From Candidatus Nanopelagicales bacterium (GTDB lineage Bacteria > Actinomycetota > Actinomycetes > S36-B12 > CAIYMF01), in the NCBI GenBank assembly GCA_017848795.1, contig JAFIHG010000044.1, positions 28,046-92,045 of the forward strand: a DNA stretch of 64,000 nucleotides, read 5' to 3'. The notes beneath the pieces are model-generated. The model was not told where the DNA came from. It was given only the letters and a program-made list of their open reading frames with translations, and made no database searches. Made by a program: the position numbers and the translations under genes. Positions 58,655-64,000 of this stretch are shown here, piece after piece (position 1 is the first letter of the stretch; each line of letters starts with the position of its first letter).

Positions 58655-59788
58655 TCAACCGCTCGTCAGGGCGCGTTCCACGTCGGCGGTGACGAGCACG
58701 CCCGACAGGCGGCCGGCGCCGTCGACGACGACGTACTCCGCGGCGGGGTGCGCCTGCATCGCGCTCAGCAGCGCGCGTCCGGCGAGCCCGCTGCGCAGCA
58801 CCGAGCCGGGCGGCAGTCCCCGCGCGACGCTGGCCGCCGGCACCCAGGGCCGTCGCTGCAGCGGCACCGCCTGGACCGCCTCCTCGTGACCGACTGCGGT
58901 GGGGACGCCCGCGCCGTCGACGATGACGAACCCGCCCGCGTGCGCGTCGCCGACCGCGCGCAGCGCCTCGGACAGCGGCAGGTCGCGCGCCACCGGCACC
59001 ACCGGCCGTACCAGCCGGTCCAGTTCGAGGGTCGGCAGGCGTCGCTCGACCCGGGCCCGCCGCAGCGCTTGGTTGGCCCCCACCATCAGGTAGCCCGCGA
59101 TCATCAGCCCGAGCAGCACCGGCAGCAGCGGCGGTTGGCGCCCCGCGAGCAGGTACGGCAGCACCGGCAGGACGAAGGCGACGACCGCGACGACGCGGCC
59201 GGTCCAGCCGGCGACCGTCGTGCCGCGGCTCTCGCTGCCGGTCAGCGCCCACACGATGCCCTTCAGGACGGCGCCCCCGTCCAGGGGCAACCCGGGCAAC
59301 GCGTTGTAGAGCCCGAGCAGCACGTTGGACCAGGCGAGCGCCCCGAGCACCGCGAGGAGGCGCGGGTCGTCGCCGAGCAGGCCGCTGCCGCCCAGCACCG
59401 CCCACAGCCCGCCGAGCAGGAGCGATCCCGCCGGGCCGGCGGCCGCGATCAGCGCCTCCCGCCATGAGGAGTCGTCCGGCCGCTCGTAGGAGGTGTACCC
59501 CCCGAGCACCCAGAGCACGATCCCGTGCACCGGGTAGCGGCAGGCCCGGGCCGCGAGCGCGTGCGCCAGCTCGTGGCCGAGCACCGAGGCGTAGAACAGC
59601 ACCGCGAACACCAGTGCGACGATCACTTCGGCCCCGCGCCCCTCGCCGCGCTGCGCGAACGTCGGCGACCACAGGTAGGCGATGAGCAGGACCCCGAGGA
59701 CCCCGCTCCAGGGCATCGTGACCGGCAGCGAGCCGAGGCGGAAGCTGACGCCGCCGCGCAGCAGCAGGGAGCGCTCCGTGGCGGCCAT
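58655..59788 (-). CDS. M50 site-2-protease family metalloprotease with C-terminal CBS-like domain
   Basis: HELAHALAAR zinc motif, several TM segments and a soluble C-terminal region. Confidence 0.8.
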   Translation of the reverse strand: MAATERSLLLRGGVSFRLGSLPVTMPWSGVLGVLLIAYLWSPTFAQRGEGRGAEVIVALVFAVLFYASVLGHELAHALAARACRYPVHGIVLWVLGGYTSYERPDDSSWREALIAAAGPAGSLLLGGLWAVLGGSGLLGDDPRLLAVLGALAWSNVLLGLYNALPGLPLDGGAVLKGIVWALTGSESRGTTVAGWTGRVVAVVAFVLPVLPYLLAGRQPPLLPVLLGLMIAGYLMVGANQALRRARVERRLPTLELDRLVRPVVPVARDLPLSEALRAVGDAHAGGFVIVDGAGVPTAVGHEEAVQAVPLQRRPWVPAASVARGLPPGSVLRSGLAGRALLSAMQAHPAAEYVVVDGAGRLSGVLVTADVERALTSG

Positions 59789-59853
59789 GGCGTGATGGTA
59801 CGGGCGCGGCGTGCCTGGCCGACCGTGTCAGGCCCCCCGCCTACCCTCGTCGC

Positions 59854-60738
59854 ATGAGTGCCGAGACGATCGCGCCGCCCGACCGGTCGGGGGGCGCGTC
59901 CGACGCGTCGTCGCCGACCGTGCCCGCGCCGCCCTCGCTCTCGCCCTCCCGGGCGAGCGACTTCATGACGTGCCCGCTGCTCTACCGCTTCCGCGTGCTG
60001 GACCGGCTCCCGGAGCCGCCGAGCCGGCCCGCCCTGCGCGGCACGCTGGTGCACCGCGTCCTGGAGGACCTGTTCGCGCTGCCGGCGCACGACCGCACGC
60101 TCGACCGGGCGATCGGCCTGGTCCCCGCGGCCTGGGAGGCGCTCACCGCCGCGGAACCCGAGGCGAGCGGGCTGTTCGAGTCCGCTGCCGATCTCGCCGA
60201 GTGGATCAAGGGGGCCGACCAGCTGCTGCGCACGTACTTCGAGCTGGAGGACCCGCAGCGCCTGGCACCGACCGCCCGCGAACTGCGGGTCGAGGCGACG
60301 ATGCCGGACGGGCTGGTGCTGCGCGGGTTCGTCGACCGCCTCGACACCAACTCGGCCGGGCAGACCCGCGTCGTCGACTACAAGACCGGCCGCGCGCCGC
60401 GTCCGGAGTTCGAGCAGCGGGCGCTGTTCCAGATGCGCTTCTACGCCCTCGTGCTCTGGCGCTCGACGGGCGTGCTGCCGAGCGTGTTGCAGCTGCTCTA
60501 CCTCGGCAGCGGCGAGGTGCTGCGCTACCAGCCCGACGAGCGCGACCTGCGCGCGACCGAGCGCAAGGTGACGGCGCTCTGGGCGGCGATCTCCCGTGCC
60601 ACCGAGACCGGCGACTGGCGGCCGAGCCCGTCGCGGCTCTGCGACTGGTGCAGCCACCGCGCGCTCTGCCCGGCCTGGGGCGGCGAGCCGCCACCACTGA
60701 CGCAACCGGGGGGTTCGCCAGGCCTGGAGACTGGGTGA
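59854..60738 (+). CDS. RecB-family PD-(D/E)XK nuclease (Cas4-like Cys cluster, Rv2119-like)
   Basis: FMTCPLLYRF..., GFVDRLD, VVDYKTG and C-terminal CDWCSHRALCP. Confidence 0.75.
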   Translation: MSAETIAPPDRSGGASDASSPTVPAPPSLSPSRASDFMTCPLLYRFRVLDRLPEPPSRPALRGTLVHRVLEDLFALPAHDRTLDRAIGLVPAAWEALTAAEPEASGLFESAADLAEWIKGADQLLRTYFELEDPQRLAPTARELRVEATMPDGLVLRGFVDRLDTNSAGQTRVVDYKTGRAPRPEFEQRALFQMRFYALVLWRSTGVLPSVLQLLYLGSGEVLRYQPDERDLRATERKVTALWAAISRATETGDWRPSPSRLCDWCSHRALCPAWGGEPPPLTQPGGSPGLETG

Positions 60739-60772
60739 ACCACCGCCTTGCGGGCGCGGTTACCGTGGCGCG

Positions 60773-61516
60773 GTGGAGCAGACCCCGACCGCGGCGCGGG
60801 CGCGCGCGCTCACCAAGGTCTATGGCGCGGGAGCGGCACAGGTACGGGCGCTCGACGCCGTGGACGTGGACGTCGAGCGGGGACGCTACACCGCGGTGAT
60901 GGGGCCCTCCGGCTCGGGCAAGAGCACGTTGATGCACTGCCTGGCGGGGCTGGACTCCGTGACGTCGGGAGATGTCTGGCTCGGCGAGGTCGAGCTCAGC
61001 CGGCTCGCCGACCGCGAGCTCACCCGGCTGCGCCGCGACGCGGTGGGCTTCGTCTTCCAGTCGTTCAACCTGCTCCCGACGCTCACCGCGCTCGAGAACA
61101 TCACCCTCCCGATCGATATCGCCGGGCGGCGCCCGGACCCCGCGTGGCTGGACGTGGTCATCGACACGGTCGGGCTGCGGGACCGGCTCCGGCACCGACC
61201 GAGCGAGTTGTCCGGGGGCCAGCAGCAGCGCGTCGCGTGCGCCCGCGCGCTCGCCAGCCGCCCGCAGATCGTGTTCGCCGACGAGCCCACGGGGAACCTG
61301 GACTCGCGCTCGAGCGCCGAGGTGCTCGGCTTCCTGCGGCGCAGCGTCGCGGAGTTCGGCCAGACCATCGTGATGGTGACGCACGATCCGGTCGCCGCGG
61401 CGTACGCCGACCGGGTGCTGTTCCTCGCCGACGGCCAGGTCGTGGGCGAGCTGCGCGAGCCGACTCCCGAGCGCGTACGCGAGCGGCTCGCGGCCACCGA
61501 CCCGGCCTCCGTCTGA
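60773..61516 (+). CDS. ABC transporter ATP-binding protein (MacB/LolD/FtsE class)
   Basis: GPSGSGKSTL, LSGGQQQRVACARAL, IVFADEPTGNLD. Confidence 0.9.
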   Translation: MEQTPTAARARALTKVYGAGAAQVRALDAVDVDVERGRYTAVMGPSGSGKSTLMHCLAGLDSVTSGDVWLGEVELSRLADRELTRLRRDAVGFVFQSFNLLPTLTALENITLPIDIAGRRPDPAWLDVVIDTVGLRDRLRHRPSELSGGQQQRVACARALASRPQIVFADEPTGNLDSRSSAEVLGFLRRSVAEFGQTIVMVTHDPVAAAYADRVLFLADGQVVGELREPTPERVRERLAATDPASV

Positions 61517-61530
61517 GAGCCCCTGCGCCG

Positions 61531-64000
61531 ATGCTCCGTACGTCGCTGCGCTCGCTGGCCCAGCACCGGCTCCGGCTCGCGCTCACCGTCGTCGCGGTCG
61601 TCGCCGGGGTCGGCTTCGTCACCGGCACGTACCTGTTCACCGACTCGCTGCAGCGCGCGTTCGACCGGCTCTTCGACCTCCGCCAGCCCGACGTCACGGT
61701 GAGCCGGCAGCTGCCGGGGCAGGCGGCCACCGGGGGCGCCGCCGGCGGTGCCGAGCGGACCCTGCCGGCCGCGCTCGTCGACCGCATCGCGAAGGTGCCC
61801 GGCGTCGCCGCTGCGTACGGCGTCGTGACCGACGGTTCGGCGACCGTGATGACGGCGGGAGGTGAACCGCTCGCCCGCTTGGGACAGCGCACGACCGGGA
61901 CCTCCTGGGTGCCCAACCCGCGGCTGCGCGGGTACGACCTGGTCTCCGGGCGAGCGCCGATCGGCCGCGGCGAAGTGGCGCTGCTCGCCTCGACGGCCGC
62001 CCGCGCCGGTGTCACGGTGGGTGGCACGGTGCGCGTGGACACCCCGGGCGGGGTGATCGAGCCGACCGTCGTCGGGCTGGTCGAGCGGCCGATCGCCGGT
62101 ACGGACGGCGGCACGCTCGTGGTCTTCGACCTGCCGACGGCCCGCCGCCTGCTGCTGGAGGGCCGTGCCCAGGTCACCTCCGTTGTCGTCGCGGCCGCCC
62201 CCGGGATCGACCAGCAGCGTCTCGCCGACCGCATCACCGACGTGCTGCCGCCGGACGCGCGCGCCGAGACCGGCCGCTCCCGCAGCGCCGACCTCGCCGC
62301 GCGGCTGCAGGACGCGTTCACCTTCCTCAGCACCTTCCTGCTGGCATTCGCGGGCATCGCGCTGCTCGTCGCCGGATTCCTCATCTACAACACGTTCACC
62401 ATGCTCGTCGCGGCGCGTACGCGGGAGCTGGCGTTGCTGCGCGCGGTCGGCGCCAGCCGCGGTCAGGTCCGCCGCGCCGTCCTCGTCGAGGCCGCAGCGG
62501 TCGGGACGGTCGCCGCCGGACTCGGCCTGGTGGCGGGGATCGGCGTGTCGGGGTTGCTGCGCAGGCTCTTCGAGGCGTTCGGCGTCGACTTGCCGGGCGG
62601 TCCGCTGGTGGTGGAGCCGCGCACCATCGCGGTCGCCCTGGTCGTGGGCGTCGTCACCACGGTCGCCTCCGCCTACCTGCCCGCCCGCCGGGCGGCACTC
62701 GTCCCGCCCGTCGCCGCGATGCGTGAGGAGCTCGAGCTGCCGGCCCGCTCGCTGCGCGGCCGGACGCTGCTCGCGCTGCTGCTGGTGGTGGCCGCAGTGG
62801 TCCTCGCGCGCACCGGGCTGCAGCTCGTCGACGACGTCGAGCGGGCTGCCGCCTACCTCGGTGGCTCGGCCGTCTGCGCGCTCGTGGCGCTCTTGGCAGG
62901 AGCGCCGCTCGTGGGGCGGGGCGCGCTGCGGGTGCTGGGCGCCCCGCTCACCCGGTGGCCGGTCGGCCGGCTCGCCCGTGAGAACGCCCGGCGCAACCCC
63001 CGGCGCACGGCTGCGACGGCGGCGGCGCTGGCGATCGGGTTGGCCGTGATGAGCGCGGTCGCGGTGATCGCGGCCTCGACCAAGTCCTCGGTCGCCGAGG
63101 TCGTCGACGACACCGTCGGCGCCGACTTCATCGTGGCGAGCGCGAACCTGCGACCCTTCACACCGCGCGCGTACGAGGCCCTCGCCGGGACACCGGGGAC
63201 CTCGGTCGTGACCTTCAGCCGCGCCGTGGCGCTCACCCTGGACGGGACCCAGCACCCGGTGATCGGCGTCGAGCCGGAGCAGTTCGCGAAGGTCTTCAAG
63301 ATCACCATGGCGCAGGGCAGTTTCGCGGATCTCGCCTTCGGCGGCGCCGTCGTCGACGAGACGACCGCGCGCGAGGCGCACCTGCAGCTCGGACAGACCG
63401 CGCACGTGGAGTTCCTGAACGGACCAGGGCGGTTGCGGATCGACGGGATCTACCAGGCCTCCGGTGCCGCACAGGGTTTCGTCGTCACGTTGCCCACGCT
63501 GGCGGCGGCCGGCTCCCTGGAGCGCGACACGGCGATCTACGTCCGTCTGGCACCCGGAGCCGACGCCGCGACGGTGCGTACCGCCCTCGAGCAGCGGCTG
63601 GCTCCGGTGGGGGCGTTCCAGGTCCTCGACCGCACCGAGCTCAAGGAGCAGATCGACGCGCAGTTCGACCGGGTGTTCGGCTTCGTGTACGCGCTGCTGG
63701 CGCTCGCCGTGATCGTCGCGTTCCTCGGCATCGTCAACACCCTCGCGCTCTCGGTGCACGAACGCCGCCGTGAGATCGGCCTGCTGCGCGCGGTCGGCAC
63801 CAGCCGCCACCAGCTGCGCGTCATGGTCGTGCTGGAGTCGGTGCTGGTCGCGGTCCTCGGCGGCGTCGTCGGGATCCTGCTCGGGGTGTTGTACGGCGCG
63901 CTGCTGCAACGGGTCCTGGCCGCGCAGGGGGTCTCGACGCTGTCGGTGCCGGTGGCGCAGCTGGGCTGGTTCGTCGCCGTCTCCGCGGCCGGTGGGCTGC
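61531..64000 (+). CDS. FtsX-like ABC transporter permease (double FtsX-domain type), C-terminus beyond the right edge
   Basis: Absent from the ORF track because it has no in-window stop. My translation from ATG 61531 gives MLRTSLRSLAQHRLRLALTVVAVVAGVGFVTGTYLFTDSLQRAFDRLF. Later FLIYNTFTMLVAARTRELALLRAVGASR and ...NTLALSVHERRREIGLLRAVGTSR are the two FtsX signatures. Confidence 0.8.
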   Translation, partial: MLRTSLRSLAQHRLRLALTVVAVVAGVGFVTGTYLFTDSLQRAFDRLFDLRQPDVTVSRQLPGQAATGGAAGGAERTLPAALVDRIAKVPGVAAAYGVVTDGSATVMTAGGEPLARLGQRTTGTSWVPNPRLRGYDLVSGRAPIGRGEVALLASTAARAGVTVGGTVRVDTPGGVIEPTVVGLVERPIAGTDGGTLVVFDLPTARRLLLEGRAQVTSVVVAAAPGIDQQRLADRITDVLPPDARAETGRSRSADLAARLQDAFTFLSTFLLAFAGIALLVAGFLIYNTFTMLVAARTRELALLRAVGASRGQVRRAVLVEAAAVGTVAAGLGLVAGIGVSGLLRRLFEAFGVDLPGGPLVVEPRTIAVALVVGVVTTVASAYLPARRAALVPPVAAMREELELPARSLRGRTLLALLLVVAAVVLARTGLQLVDDVERAAAYLGGSAVCALVALLAGAPLVGRGALRVLGAPLTRWPVGRLARENARRNPRRTAATAAALAIGLAVMSAVAVIAASTKSSVAEVVDDTVGADFIVASANLRPFTPRAYEALAGTPGTSVVTFSRAVALTLDGTQHPVIGVEPEQFAKVFKITMAQGSFADLAFGGAVVDETTAREAHLQLGQTAHVEFLNGPGRLRIDGIYQASGAAQGFVVTLPTLAAAGSLERDTAIYVRLAPGADAATVRTALEQRLAPVGAFQVLDRTELKEQIDAQFDRVFGFVYALLALAVIVAFLGIVNTLALSVHERRREIGLLRAVGTSRHQLRVMVVLESVLVAVLGGVVGILLGVLYGALLQRVLAAQGVSTLSVPVAQLGWFVAVSAAGGL

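Noticed and set aside
57690-59672. 660-aa minus-strand ORF as an extended TrmI
   Set aside because: The N-terminal 350 aa are Arg/Gly/Ala low-complexity and overlap the well-supported M50 protease gene in a different frame. I chose ATG 58610, which gives MSTLPAPG... upstream of the conserved TrmI N-terminal region.
60886-63909. 1007-aa minus-strand ORF
   Set aside because: It is antisense to the ABC ATPase and FtsX-permease genes, both of which carry clear family motifs. Its composition is dominated by R, G, D, E and Q, and I recognise no motifs in it.

Overview
High-GC actinobacterial chromosome, about 70% G+C or more by eye, with nearly every third codon position G/C. No rRNA, tRNA, CRISPR array, integrase or prophage was seen. 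The backbone is two conserved actinobacterial blocks.

Block 1 (about 6.7-15.7 kb) is pgsA, DUF881, sbp, DUF881, gcvH, an FHA (GarA-like) protein, a MerR regulator, a DUF151 nuclease, a second MerR regulator, a tandem glycine riboswitch and gcvP. This matches my memory of the M. tuberculosis Rv1822-Rv1832 order.

Block 2 (about 37.8-60.7 kb) is a 5'-3' exonuclease, helY, a DAG kinase, tatC, tatA, pafC, pafB, an FKBP isomerase, pafA, prcA, prcB, pup, dop, arc/mpa, trmI, an M50 protease and a RecB-like nuclease. This matches the Rv2090-Rv2119 order, i.e. the complete Pup-proteasome system.

Other content between and around the blocks:
- a catalase (truncated at the left edge) and two ABC transporters (the second truncated at the right edge)
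- a fused E1 2-oxoacid dehydrogenase
- a UvrA2 / VOC / AraC / NhaA operon
- rbpA
- fxsA, ppm1 and lnt
- a lysine-fermentation-type cluster (kamA | kdd-kamD-kamE-kal) with Lrp, an acyl-CoA dehydrogenase and an M24 peptidase

The observations I rank highest:
1. A foreign-codon-usage zinc-finger/endonuclease VII gene sits with zero intergenic bases between pup and prcB.
2. A roughly 2.1 kb cassette bounded by roughly 195-bp imperfect inverted repeats carries a DUF222-HNH gene with an apparent in-frame deletion. It is preceded by a 23-bp tandem array.
3. Four copies of a roughly 44-bp hairpin element, with a conserved loop and a compensatory stem change, bracket a DUF559/AbiEi-like nuclease gene.

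All calls rest on reading the sequence and the ORF translations against remembered family motifs. No searches or computations were run, and start codons are best guesses.
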